From: Candidatus Multivoradales bacterium
GTDB lineage: Bacteria; Acidobacteriota; Thermoanaerobaculia; Multivoradales; Multivoraceae
Reading direction: 5' to 3'
Assembly: GCA_965223325.1 (NCBI GenBank)
Contig: CBDCWI010000001.1
Span: 640,001 to 704,000, forward strand
Length of the DNA: 64,000 bases
Positions 30,393 through 39,484 of the stretch are shown in pieces. Both the position numbers and the translations under genes were made by a program. Under the pieces are notes generated by a model. The model saw only the letters and a list, made by a program, of their open reading frames with translations, searched no databases and was not told the DNA's origin. Position 1 is the first letter of the stretch. Each line of letters begins with the position of its first letter.

Positions 30393-32660
30393 GTGAAAAG
30401 GGGTACAAGGGCCACGTTTCTTCTTCTCGGGCTGGCGAGCCTGTGCTCGCTGCTCGGCTACCTGGCGTTCAGGCGTCTGGGATCTGAACTCGGGCTGTTA
30501 GCCGGTACGGTGCCGCTGGCCATCGCCATGGTCTGGCGAGCGGTCGACCTGCGTGACCCGGGCCCGGCTACCGGCATGGCGCTTGGCAACCGGCGGCTGG
30601 CGATGGTCTGGGCGGTATTGGGTGTCCTCGCGCTCGGGCTCGCCTGTCAGGCGTTCGGAGTTCAAGCCGCGAAGCGCCCGGTGAGTATTGCGCTGGTGTC
30701 GCTTCTTCTTCTAGCGACGCTCTTCGAGGTAGCTCGCCTCACAGTGCAACTTCGTGAGGCGTCGGCTGATGGTCGACCGGCGCCGTGGATCTTCTTTCTC
30801 GTTCCATTGCTGGTCTACCTGGCGCTCGACCCCTGGTTGTTGGCGCAGCGCCCGCCGGACGGCGACGAGCCCTGGTACCTGCTGCTCACCCACTCGATCG
30901 CCTTCGACGCCGACATCGACCTCGAGAACCAGTACGAGGAGCGTCACTGGCGGTACTTCATGGAGCGCGAGATCGCTCCGCAACCAGGCGACCCAACCGG
31001 CCCTGACGGTGAAATGTACTCCCGTCACGACGCCCTGCTGCCCGTTCTGTTGGCGCCGTTCTACCGATTCGCGGGGCTGTCGGGGGTCGTCTTCGTGATG
31101 TCTCTCCTGAGCGCGCTCCTGGCACTCTTTTCGCTCCGACTCGCACAGCGCTACCTGAAGCGTGAACCGGGCGCGGCTGTTCTTGCCTGGTGGGTCTTGG
31201 CAATGACCCCGCCTCTGGTTCTCTATGCCCACCAGGTGTGGGTCGAGGTGCCGGCAGCCCTCCTTCTGGTGGTTGCTCTGCTCGTGATCGATCGGCTGCG
31301 CCATCAGGCCCCCACGCGCGGCGACCTCGCCGCGCTAGCGGTTCTCCTGGTCACGCTGCCGCTTCTCAAGCTGCGCTTCGTGCTCGTATCGGCGGGGCTG
31401 GCAGCGTTGGTCGCGGTGACCTTGTGGAGGGGCCGGAGGGAGCGCCAAGGCTGGGCCCCTGGAACGCGTGTCGCTTTAGCGGCGGCTCTGATCGTTCTGG
31501 CGACGGCCGGCGCAGCGCTCCTGGCCTACAACCAGAGAACGTTTGGCAACCCCCTCAAGATCCATCGCGCGGAAGACTTCGCTCTCGCCGGCCTGCCGCT
31601 CGGGCGCCTCGTCGAAGGTGGCCTCGGACTGTTCTGGGACGCGGGATTCGGCCTGTTGGCCGCTTCCCCCATCTGGCTGGTCGTCCTTCCCGCCATCATC
31701 CTCGTCTGGCGAGGTCGCTCGTCACTCTTTGGAGACCTTGTACTCGCCGTTGGGCCCTACCTTCTCGCGGTGACCACGCGCACCGAATGGTACGGCGGCT
31801 GGTCACCACCTTTTCGCTACGGACTCGTCGCCCTTCCGATCCTCACAGGGATGCTGGCCTTCGCCTTCACCCGCCGTCGCCAACCTCCGGCGCGCCTCTT
31901 GATCGCCCCACTCTTCGCCTCGAGCGTCATGATCGGCGCGCTCTACCTGGCCGAACCCGGCTGGACATTCAATCTCGCCGACGGCAGAAACCACGCCATC
32001 TCGGCGATCGAGGCGCGAACCAGTGTGGAGGTCACGCATCTCTTGCCGAGCTACGTGCGTCCGCGCCTGGCGAGCTGGATCTGGCCATCGGTTCTCGCAC
32101 TGCTTTCCTGTCTGCTGATCCTGCCGCGTCGGGCGTCAACGTTCCGGCTCCCGAGGGCCACAGCAACGCCTGAAGCCCTCGGACTGAGCGTCTGCCTGCT
32201 GGCCGCAGGTTGTTTGCTGCGGGTTGCAGCCGCGCAGACGACGCAGACCATTGAGCCGGAATCGAGCGCCGTAAGGAAGTCCGGCGGGCAGAGGGACCCT
32301 GAACGTTGGATGTGGAACCGTCGGCGCTTCGACGAAAGCTGGGTGCTGGCCGAAGGGCAAAGACTCGAAGCGCGGGTCCGACCGGCTTCGGAGAACGTAG
32401 CTCTCGTGCTCCGCTTGCGGGCGATCCACAACCATCCCCATGGACTGGTGCTGCGCGTGCTGGCGGGTGACCTCGAGGTTGCACGCTTTGACGCCGGACC
32501 ACCCGAACTCTGGCATCCGCGGCACATCGCACCGTTCACCTGGCAGGACGGCGATGCGCTGGTGGTGGAAGTGCTACCGACCCCGCGCGAGCACACGGAG
32601 GGCGAAGTTCCGGTGGTCAACGGAGTCGCGATCGACCACATCGAGCTCGACTGGCGTTGA
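30393..32660 (+). CDS. Polytopic membrane protein, probable GT-C-fold glycosyltransferase
   Basis: Many TM segments; GDEPWY acidic loop motif, WVEVP, WYGGWSPPFRY; C-terminal soluble domain. Confidence 0.6.
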   Translation: MKRGTRATFLLLGLASLCSLLGYLAFRRLGSELGLLAGTVPLAIAMVWRAVDLRDPGPATGMALGNRRLAMVWAVLGVLALGLACQAFGVQAAKRPVSIALVSLLLLATLFEVARLTVQLREASADGRPAPWIFFLVPLLVYLALDPWLLAQRPPDGDEPWYLLLTHSIAFDADIDLENQYEERHWRYFMEREIAPQPGDPTGPDGEMYSRHDALLPVLLAPFYRFAGLSGVVFVMSLLSALLALFSLRLAQRYLKREPGAAVLAWWVLAMTPPLVLYAHQVWVEVPAALLLVVALLVIDRLRHQAPTRGDLAALAVLLVTLPLLKLRFVLVSAGLAALVAVTLWRGRRERQGWAPGTRVALAAALIVLATAGAALLAYNQRTFGNPLKIHRAEDFALAGLPLGRLVEGGLGLFWDAGFGLLAASPIWLVVLPAIILVWRGRSSLFGDLVLAVGPYLLAVTTRTEWYGGWSPPFRYGLVALPILTGMLAFAFTRRRQPPARLLIAPLFASSVMIGALYLAEPGWTFNLADGRNHAISAIEARTSVEVTHLLPSYVRPRLASWIWPSVLALLSCLLILPRRASTFRLPRATATPEALGLSVCLLAAGCLLRVAAAQTTQTIEPESSAVRKSGGQRDPERWMWNRRRFDESWVLAEGQRLEARVRPASENVALVLRLRAIHNHPHGLVLRVLAGDLEVARFDAGPPELWHPRHIAPFTWQDGDALVVEVLPTPREHTEGEVPVVNGVAIDHIELDWR

Positions 32661-32664
32661 GAGA

Positions 32665-32966
32665 CTTCCAACAGCGCGCGGTAGAAGTGCGCGGCGAGTC
32701 GTCGCCAGGAGGACGAGAGGTTCGGTCTTCTCTTGGGGGAGCGATGGGGGGGTGCCGGAGGCCGGCAAGCCTGGGGAAGGCTATGGGGGGAGGGAAAGAG
32801 GAAAGAAACGGGCGGGTGGCTCTTTCAGGGGTAGGTTGTGCGGATTGACTTCGTGTGGTTACCGAAGATTGGGGTGGGAGTCCAGGTGGGATGAAGCCAC
32901 TTTCTGACTTCTCGTGGTAGGACGTGGTTGGCTGGAGAACCTCCCCGCTTGGCGTTTCCTCTTGTC
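32665..32966 (-). ncRNA. Candidate sigma-54-dependent small RNA (boundaries approximate)
   Basis: Lies downstream of a strong -24/-12 site; no credible CDS; multiple C/U-rich tracts and small hairpins. Confidence 0.35.
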
Positions 32967-32976
32967 CTTGCCCTGC

Positions 32977-32992
32977 TGCAGGGTGCGTGCCA
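32977..32992 (-). promoter_or_regulatory. Sigma-54 (-24/-12) promoter
   Basis: Minus strand TGGCACGCACCCTGCA matches TGGCACG-N4-(T/C)TGCA. Confidence 0.7.
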
Positions 32993-33177
32993 GGATCGCC
33001 ACGGCCTATCGCCAAGTTCTATATCTGCATTGTGACAGTTGCAAGCAGCGGCACAAAACCGGGGCCTCTCGCAGAACATAGCGGTGGATCTTTCTTCAAA
33101 AGCGGATGAATCGTAGTTAATTCTCGCGTCTGATAACTAGCAAACTGGCACTATCTGGCAATACACCGCGCCTGACG

Positions 33178-33194
33178 GTGACATGGTTTGTCAC
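33178..33194. promoter_or_regulatory. Inverted repeat, candidate enhancer (UAS) for the 32977 promoter
   Basis: GTGACA-tggtt-TGTCAC about 190 bp upstream of the -24/-12 site. Confidence 0.4.
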
Positions 33195-33364
33195 TCAGAA
33201 CCACTCCTCTTTCAACCCTCTTGCACCGTTTCGCATCTCGAGGCGCGCCGAAACGAAGCGCCAGGCGCCCAGCTCGCGGCCAGCAGAAGTCCTTCAGTGG
33301 GGACATGGTGGTCAGCTGGGCGCCGCAGGTGGAGCTCTCCCTCCATCCCCTGGGGCCCCGCCTC

Positions 33365-33428
33365 GCCCGGGCGCTTCCCGGGCGTTTCCCGGGCAATTGC
33401 CCGGGATGGTTCTGGGATTCCTCGGGGG
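33365..33428 (-). repeat. Dispersed intergenic repeat copy 2
   Basis: Minus strand GAATCCCAGAACCATCCCGGGCAATTGCCCGGGAAACGCCCGGGAAGCGCCCGGG. Confidence 0.85.
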
Positions 33429-33455
33429 TTGCACCTTGCGGGTGCGTGACGGCGT

Positions 33456-35126
33456 TCAGCCCAGGTTGCTCGACCTGGGGTAGGCGTCTTCGGGGTCGGT
33501 CATGACCTCGACGAGGACTGGACCCCTCTGGTCGAACGCCCAGTCGAGGGATGGACCGACCTCGCCCGGCCGGGTCACGCGGCGGCCAGCGCCGCCGAGC
33601 GCCTCGACGACCTGGTCGTAGCGGGTCTCGGGGTCGAGCTCCGCCACCACGTGGTACCCGTAGAGCTGCTGCATCGGATGCTTCTCGAGTCCCCAGCAGC
33701 CGTTGTTGCCCATGACAACGACGACATCGAGACCCAGGCGCGCCATGGTGTCGAATTCGGAGAGTGCAAAACCGGCGGCTCCGTCGCCCAGCATGAGCAC
33801 GATCTGGCGGTCGGGAAAGGCGGTTCGAGCGCCGATCGCATAGCCCGGGCCGGTTCCGAGGCAGCCGTAGGGTCCGGGATCAAGGAAGGAGCCCGGCACG
33901 TAGCTGTCAACGTACTTTCCGGCATAGGACACGAAATCGCCGCCGTCGCCGATGACGATCGCATCGCGATCGACCCGTTGGGCGAGCTCGCCGTAGACCC
34001 GGCCGGGATGGATGGGATCGCTGTCGGCGGTGAGAATGGCGCGCTCGGCCTCGCGCTTCTTGTGCTCTTCATCCCGCAAACGCTCGATCCATGGCTTCCT
34101 GTCAACCTTGGGTCGCGCCAGGCAAGCTTCGCGGACGTGAGCGAGTGCCCCCGCCAGGTTGCCAGCCGCACTGCCCACCAGGTCGACGTGGGTTGCGAGC
34201 CGCTCTTTGGTGTCCATGACGTGCACGACCTCGGCGGTACCGAACTTGCCAAAACCGAGCCGGAAGTCGAGAGGCGTTCCCACGACTACCACCAGATCGG
34301 CCTCGCCAAAAGCCACGCGACGACAACGCGAGAAGGCGTTGGCGTGGTCGGCCGCCAGCAGTCCGCGGCCGAGCCCATTCATGAAGACTGGCAGGTTGCA
34401 CGCCTCGGCAATGGCAGAAAGTGCCTCTTCTCCACGCTCCCAGTAGAGATCGGCCCCCACCATGAGCACAGGACGCTCGGCCTCTGCGAGCCGCTCGGCG
34501 ATAGCGTCGAGATCTCCCGGGTCGGCTGGTTGGGTCTCGAGCTCGGCCGCCTCGACACCAGCTGGCGGAGCCACCTCAGCCTGGTTGAACATGACGTCCA
34601 TAGGGACGTCGAGAAACGACGGACCACGATGAGCCCTGGCCGCCGCCAGGAGTGCCGTGCGCACCTCCTCGGGCAGCGCCGCCGTACCAGCCGAGGTCGC
34701 GGCATAGCGCGTCACACTGTCGACGATCGGAACATGATCGAGTTCCTGCAGCGACCCTTGCCCCCAGCGCATTGCGGGCGCACGCCCACCCAACACGACG
34801 ACCGGTGAACCGGTGAAATGAGCACTGGTGATCGCGCTGACACCGTTGGTGACTCCGGGGCCCGCCGTCAGCGCCGCGACCCCAGCACGGCGGCTGACTT
34901 TGGCCAGACCTTCGGCCGCGAACACGGCGCTTTGTTCGTGGCGCACGTCGACGAGCGGCAGGTCGATGGCCACCGCGCCATCGTAAAGCGGAAAGAGATG
35001 GCCGCCGGAGAGGGTGAAAACGGCGTCCGTACCGGAAGCTTTGAGGACCTCTGCGGCAAGACGCCCACCATGGGCTTTCATCGTCTGCGACGCGTCGGTG
35101 CTTTGGCTGGATTCTTTTTGGCTCAA
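33456..35126 (-). CDS. ThDP-dependent enzyme, acetolactate synthase / 2-hydroxyacyl-CoA lyase-like
   Basis: VRHEQ, TAGPGVTN, DPGPYGCLG, GDG...NN ThDP motif; start TTG 35126 (GAGGGG RBS) or ATG 35081. Confidence 0.88.
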   Translation of the reverse strand: MSQKESSQSTDASQTMKAHGGRLAAEVLKASGTDAVFTLSGGHLFPLYDGAVAIDLPLVDVRHEQSAVFAAEGLAKVSRRAGVAALTAGPGVTNGVSAITSAHFTGSPVVVLGGRAPAMRWGQGSLQELDHVPIVDSVTRYAATSAGTAALPEEVRTALLAAARAHRGPSFLDVPMDVMFNQAEVAPPAGVEAAELETQPADPGDLDAIAERLAEAERPVLMVGADLYWERGEEALSAIAEACNLPVFMNGLGRGLLAADHANAFSRCRRVAFGEADLVVVVGTPLDFRLGFGKFGTAEVVHVMDTKERLATHVDLVGSAAGNLAGALAHVREACLARPKVDRKPWIERLRDEEHKKREAERAILTADSDPIHPGRVYGELAQRVDRDAIVIGDGGDFVSYAGKYVDSYVPGSFLDPGPYGCLGTGPGYAIGARTAFPDRQIVLMLGDGAAGFALSEFDTMARLGLDVVVVMGNNGCWGLEKHPMQQLYGYHVVAELDPETRYDQVVEALGGAGRRVTRPGEVGPSLDWAFDQRGPVLVEVMTDPEDAYPRSSNLG

Positions 35127-35432
35127 GTCGGTCCCCTCGCGAGCAGTCGGCGGCGGTTTGGCTGATGACGTACAGAAGGGCGAATGTACCGCGTGTCTTC
35201 GGCGACTCCAAGGAGGTTCCTCCGAATCCCTGCTTTCTCTCTTGACCACTCCGCTCACGGACAGTACGTTGTCGGGAACTTCCTCCTAATAGCCTAGCTC
35301 TGATGTTTGCCCGTCGGTACCGTAGTGCCGACGCCTCGCGACCGTCTGGTGACCCTGCCTGTCGCCACCTTCTGTCGTGCCCGCGCGCCGTTCGCAGAGT
35401 CATCGAAATGCCAGAACCAGAGGAGTTCACTC

Positions 35433-36980
35433 GTGGTGGATTTTCTTGCTGCCCACGCCCTGCGCATGCCGGCCCGAGCGGCGGTCGTGCTCGGAACGGA
35501 ACAGCTCACTTTCGGCGATCTCGAGCGCCAATCAAACGCCCTGGCGAACGCTTTGCTCGACCTCGGCATCGAGCCGGCAGATCACGCAACGACGATCGGC
35601 TACAACAGCCTGGAGCACTTCATCGTCAGCGCCGCGAGCCGCAAGCTGGTGCTCGTCGGCATGCCGATGAACTACCGCCTGCGGCCCGACGAAGTGCTCT
35701 ACCAACTCGCACACTCCGAGACCCGCGTCGTCTTCTGCGGTCCGGAACACGTCGCGGTCGTCGACCAGGTTGCCAGTCAGTGCCCGCAGCTCGAGTTCAA
35801 GGTGACCTGGAGAGGGTCGGCTCGAACGGAGGCCGCGCTCCCTGAGGGCTGGTACGGGCTCAACGATTTGCTGGAGACCGCCAGCAGCGAACCGCCGCCA
35901 GTGGAGTCAGGACTCACCGCGCCATCGATGAGCTACACCGCCGGCACCACCGGAAACCCAAAAGGGGCCTACCGTGCGGAAGGCACCGACCCCGGAGTCA
36001 TCGCCCGCTACTCGGAGTGGTTCGGGCTCAAGCCCCTCGACGTGCACCTCGTCGCTGGGCCGCTCTACCACTCGGCGCCAGGGGCCTTCGCCGCCTTCAC
36101 TCACATCTTCGGCGGTACCAACGTGGTTCTCCCCCGTTTCGATGCAGAGGCCGCTCTGCGTGCCATCGACCGCCATCGCGTGACCACCTCGTTCATGGCC
36201 CCCATTCTGCTCAAGCGAATTACCGAGCTACCTCAGGCAACAAAAGACAAGTACGACGTCTCCAGCCTGCGCGCGGTCATCGTCGCTGCCGCACCCTGCC
36301 CCCACGAGCTCAAGAAGCGAATCGTCGCCGACCTCGGCGAGGTGCTCTTCGAGTTCTACGGCTCATCGGAGCTCGGTTTGAACACCCTCCTGCGTCCCGA
36401 AGAACAGCTCACCCACCCCGGCTCCTGTGGACGCCCGGTCGAGGGAGTCGAGATCAAGGCTCTCGATGACGACAGTAACGAAGTCGCGACGGGCGAACCG
36501 GGAGAACTGTGGATTCGATCACCACAAGCGATCAACGAGTACTGGCAGAACGAAGAAGCCACCGAAGAGGCTCGGCGGAACGGCATGTGGAGCGTCGGCG
36601 ATGTGGGCTATTTCGATCGAGACGGCTACCTCTACATTGTCGACCGCAAGCGCGACATGATCATCTCAGGCGGCGTCAACATCTGCACCACCGAGGTCGA
36701 GAACGTCCTGCACGCACATCCCGACGTGCGGGACGTCGTCGTGATCGGGATTCCGTCGGAGGAGTGGGGCGAGCAGGTGCATGCCGTCGTCGAAAGCCAC
36801 GCCGCAGGAGACTCGGCCTGTGAAGACGAGTTGCGACGTCTCGCAGCCGAACAACTCGCCGACTTCAAGCGGCCACGATCCTTCGAGTTTCGTGATCGCC
36901 TGCCGCGCGACGAGGCGGGCAAGATCAGAAAGCGCGAGATTCGCGAACACTTCTGGCAGGGCCAGGAGCGAAGCGTGTAG
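35433..36980 (+). CDS. Acyl-CoA synthetase (AMP-binding)
   Basis: YTAGTTGNPKG, PLYHSAP, EFYGSSE, GDVG, DRKRDMIISGGVN, GKIRK; GTG after AGGAG. Confidence 0.93.
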   Translation: MVDFLAAHALRMPARAAVVLGTEQLTFGDLERQSNALANALLDLGIEPADHATTIGYNSLEHFIVSAASRKLVLVGMPMNYRLRPDEVLYQLAHSETRVVFCGPEHVAVVDQVASQCPQLEFKVTWRGSARTEAALPEGWYGLNDLLETASSEPPPVESGLTAPSMSYTAGTTGNPKGAYRAEGTDPGVIARYSEWFGLKPLDVHLVAGPLYHSAPGAFAAFTHIFGGTNVVLPRFDAEAALRAIDRHRVTTSFMAPILLKRITELPQATKDKYDVSSLRAVIVAAAPCPHELKKRIVADLGEVLFEFYGSSELGLNTLLRPEEQLTHPGSCGRPVEGVEIKALDDDSNEVATGEPGELWIRSPQAINEYWQNEEATEEARRNGMWSVGDVGYFDRDGYLYIVDRKRDMIISGGVNICTTEVENVLHAHPDVRDVVVIGIPSEEWGEQVHAVVESHAAGDSACEDELRRLAAEQLADFKRPRSFEFRDRLPRDEAGKIRKREIREHFWQGQERSV

Positions 36981-37162
36981 CCGAGGAGACGCGGTCTCCG
37001 AGAAACCTTGTTTTTCGGCGCCGTCGTCGGCTCTCGGAGGGGTCGTCAGCCGAAGATCCATGAATTCGACTGGTAGGATCACTCTTCGCCCCTTCCCTGC
37101 ATTCATCGTCCGTGATGTGCGCCTTCCACTCTCGAAGAACGTCGTCCCGGACTCGGAACTTC

Positions 37163-38506
37163 ATGAGTTCACTTCTGCCCGGCTCGCCCTTGAGCAGTCG
37201 CCCGACCCTGCGCCCGAGCAAGCGCGAAGAGCTGCTCGATCGCTTTCACGAGACACGGCGACTGAGTGTCGAGCTCGCCCGCGCTCTGACCCCGGAACAG
37301 TGGCGCATTCAGTCGATGCCCGACGTCAGCCCGCCGTGGTGGAACCTCGGTCATACCAGCTGGTTCTTCGCCAAGAACCTCCTCGAGCCGTTCACCGGCT
37401 TCACGATCGGTCGCGGTCTCGAGTACGTTCTGAACTCGTACTACGAAGCCCACGGCGCGCGTCTGGCGCGCAATCGGCGCGGCACCATAACCCGCCCCAC
37501 CAACGAAGAGGTTCTCGACTTCCGCGACCGGGTCGACACTGCGATGGAGCGCCTGATCGAGAACTGCCGCAAGGACGACTTCGACGACATCGAGTTCCTC
37601 ACCGTCACCGGGCTGCAACACGAACAACAGCACCAGGAGCTCCTGGTGACCGAGCTCAAGCACATCCTGTCCTCGGACCCGGCCCACCTGCGACTGCCCT
37701 ACCCGCTGGCCAGTACCGGCCCACCTGTTCGACGGCCAGCGACATATCGCTGGCGGCCGTTTGATGGCGGTCTGGTCGAAATCGGCGACGATGGGAGAGC
37801 GTGGGCGTGGGACAACGAACGACCGCTGCATCGCGTCTGGCTCCAGCCTTACCGACTGGCCAACCGGCTGGTGAACGCCAACGAGTACGTCGAGTTCATC
37901 GCCGACGGCGGCTACCGGCAGCCGCTCCTCTGGCTGGCGAATGGATGGGACTTCATCCAGTCGCAGGAAGTCACTGCACCGCTGTACTGGTATCGCCACG
38001 ACGAAGAATGGTGGGTTTTCGATCTGGCAGGGGATCGACCGGTTGATCCCGAAGAGCCCGTCGCTCACTTGAGCTTCTACGAGGCTTCTGCTTTTGCCGA
38101 GTGGGCGTCACAGACGCATGCGCGCTTTCGTGGGGCTCGACTGCCTACCGAACAGGAGTGGGAGCACGCGGCAAAGTCGCTGCGCCTGAGCGACGAGCAC
38201 GCCAACATTCTCGAGGTCTACCGGCTGCACCCGCTACCGGCCGACTCGGAGAGCCGTGGAGAGGTGCACCAGCTCGCCGGCGATCTCTGGGAGTGGACAT
38301 CGAGCCACTACGAACCGTACCCGGGCTACCGCGCCTTCGATGGTGCACTCACCGAGTACAACGGCAAGTTCATGGACAACCAGCGCGTCCTGCGCGGTGG
38401 CTCGTGCGCCACTCCGCTGGGCCACATCAGAGCCAGCTACCGCAACTTCTGGCACGCCACGACACGCTTTCAGTTCAGCGGAGTCCGGCTAGCAACCGAC
38501 CGCTAG
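37163..38506 (+). CDS. egtB: Ergothioneine biosynthesis sulfoxide synthase
   Basis: QSMPDVSP..W.LGHTSWFF, NSYY, HEQQHQE Fe ligands, FGE-like domain (RLPTEQEWE, YNGKFM, RASYRNF). Confidence 0.88.
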   Translation: MSSLLPGSPLSSRPTLRPSKREELLDRFHETRRLSVELARALTPEQWRIQSMPDVSPPWWNLGHTSWFFAKNLLEPFTGFTIGRGLEYVLNSYYEAHGARLARNRRGTITRPTNEEVLDFRDRVDTAMERLIENCRKDDFDDIEFLTVTGLQHEQQHQELLVTELKHILSSDPAHLRLPYPLASTGPPVRRPATYRWRPFDGGLVEIGDDGRAWAWDNERPLHRVWLQPYRLANRLVNANEYVEFIADGGYRQPLLWLANGWDFIQSQEVTAPLYWYRHDEEWWVFDLAGDRPVDPEEPVAHLSFYEASAFAEWASQTHARFRGARLPTEQEWEHAAKSLRLSDEHANILEVYRLHPLPADSESRGEVHQLAGDLWEWTSSHYEPYPGYRAFDGALTEYNGKFMDNQRVLRGGSCATPLGHIRASYRNFWHATTRFQFSGVRLATDR

Positions 38507-38513
38507 CGGTCCT

Positions 38514-38585
38514 CCCGGGCGCTTCCGAGCCCTTCCCGGGCGCTTCCCGGGCAATTGACTGGGGTGAATCTGGGAAAGCTCGCGG
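38514..38585 (-). repeat. Dispersed intergenic repeat copy 3
   Basis: 38533-38566 is the exact reverse complement of 17415-17448 (34 bp). Confidence 0.88.
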
Positions 38586-38628
38586 TGTTGGTGCCTGGTT
38601 GGCGCGCTGGCCTACAATGCTCCCTCCT

Positions 38629-39444
38629 ATGACTACCCGACGGCCCCCGACGGGGCGTTCCATCATGGCCGGCCTGGGCGGCGGCGGCCGTACTCCAGAG
38701 GATGTCTGGGTCCTCCTGGGAATCGTCTTTGCGACCTTCTCTCTGCAGTTCTTCGCCGCCACCGCACCGCTTGTCCTTGCCCTGCGCCTGACGCCGCGGT
38801 TCTGGGAGTCGTTCTTTCTGTGGCAGCCCTTCACCTATGCCTTAATGGGCACTGGCGGCGCGAGTCTGTGGATTCTTCTCGAGCTGTGGATCCTGTGGAT
38901 GTTCGCGCGCGACGCGCTCGCCTCGTTGGGTCGCAAGCGCTTCTGGACGCTCCTCGTCGGCGGCTCGCTCGCAGCGGCTGCAGCCGCCCTCGCCGCACAC
39001 TTCCTGACCGTACTTGCAGGCATCTCAACAGGTCCCGCCTTCGCGATCATGCAGGGACAACGAATGCTCTTGACGCTGGTGATTGCGGCCTTCGCCGTAA
39101 CGCGAGCCCGCGCCACCGTCATGCTGTTCTTCGTGCTGCCGGTCCAGGCCAAGCACTTTCTCTGGCTCGAGGTGCTCTTTGCCTTCATCGCTTTCCTGGG
39201 CACCAAAGACTTCGCCGGGTTCGTAGGGATCTGTACCGCAGTGGCCGTGACCTGGATCTGGCTGACACGGCGCTCGACCCGAGGCCTTCTGCGCGAGGCG
39301 CGCCTGCGTATCGAGCGCAAGCTCATCGAACGCAAGATGGCGAGCATGAAGAAGAAGCGTGGTTTTCGCGTCGTCGATGGCGGTCGCGAAAGCGGAACGG
39401 CGGGCGAAGGCAAGAAAGCCAACACACCACCATGGGTCAATTGA
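38629..39444 (+). CDS. Rhomboid-superfamily-like membrane protein, probably non-catalytic
   Basis: LWQPFTY motif, about 6 TM, LFFVLPV.AK; no GxSG; basic C-terminal tail. Confidence 0.55.
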   Translation: MTTRRPPTGRSIMAGLGGGGRTPEDVWVLLGIVFATFSLQFFAATAPLVLALRLTPRFWESFFLWQPFTYALMGTGGASLWILLELWILWMFARDALASLGRKRFWTLLVGGSLAAAAAALAAHFLTVLAGISTGPAFAIMQGQRMLLTLVIAAFAVTRARATVMLFFVLPVQAKHFLWLEVLFAFIAFLGTKDFAGFVGICTAVAVTWIWLTRRSTRGLLREARLRIERKLIERKMASMKKKRGFRVVDGGRESGTAGEGKKANTPPWVN

Positions 39445-39484
39445 TCACCGACTAGCGTCGAGCTCGACGGGAAGAACGTTACAA

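Noticed and set aside
32617-33079. Minus-strand ORFs of 132 and 84 aa in the large intergenic gap
   Set aside because: They start upstream of the sigma-54 site, lack an RBS and have no recognisable features
33146-33160. TGGCACTATCTGGCA as a plus-strand sigma-54 promoter
   Set aside because: Spacing is GG-N9-GC, not the required N10; it may just be a CTGGCA direct repeat
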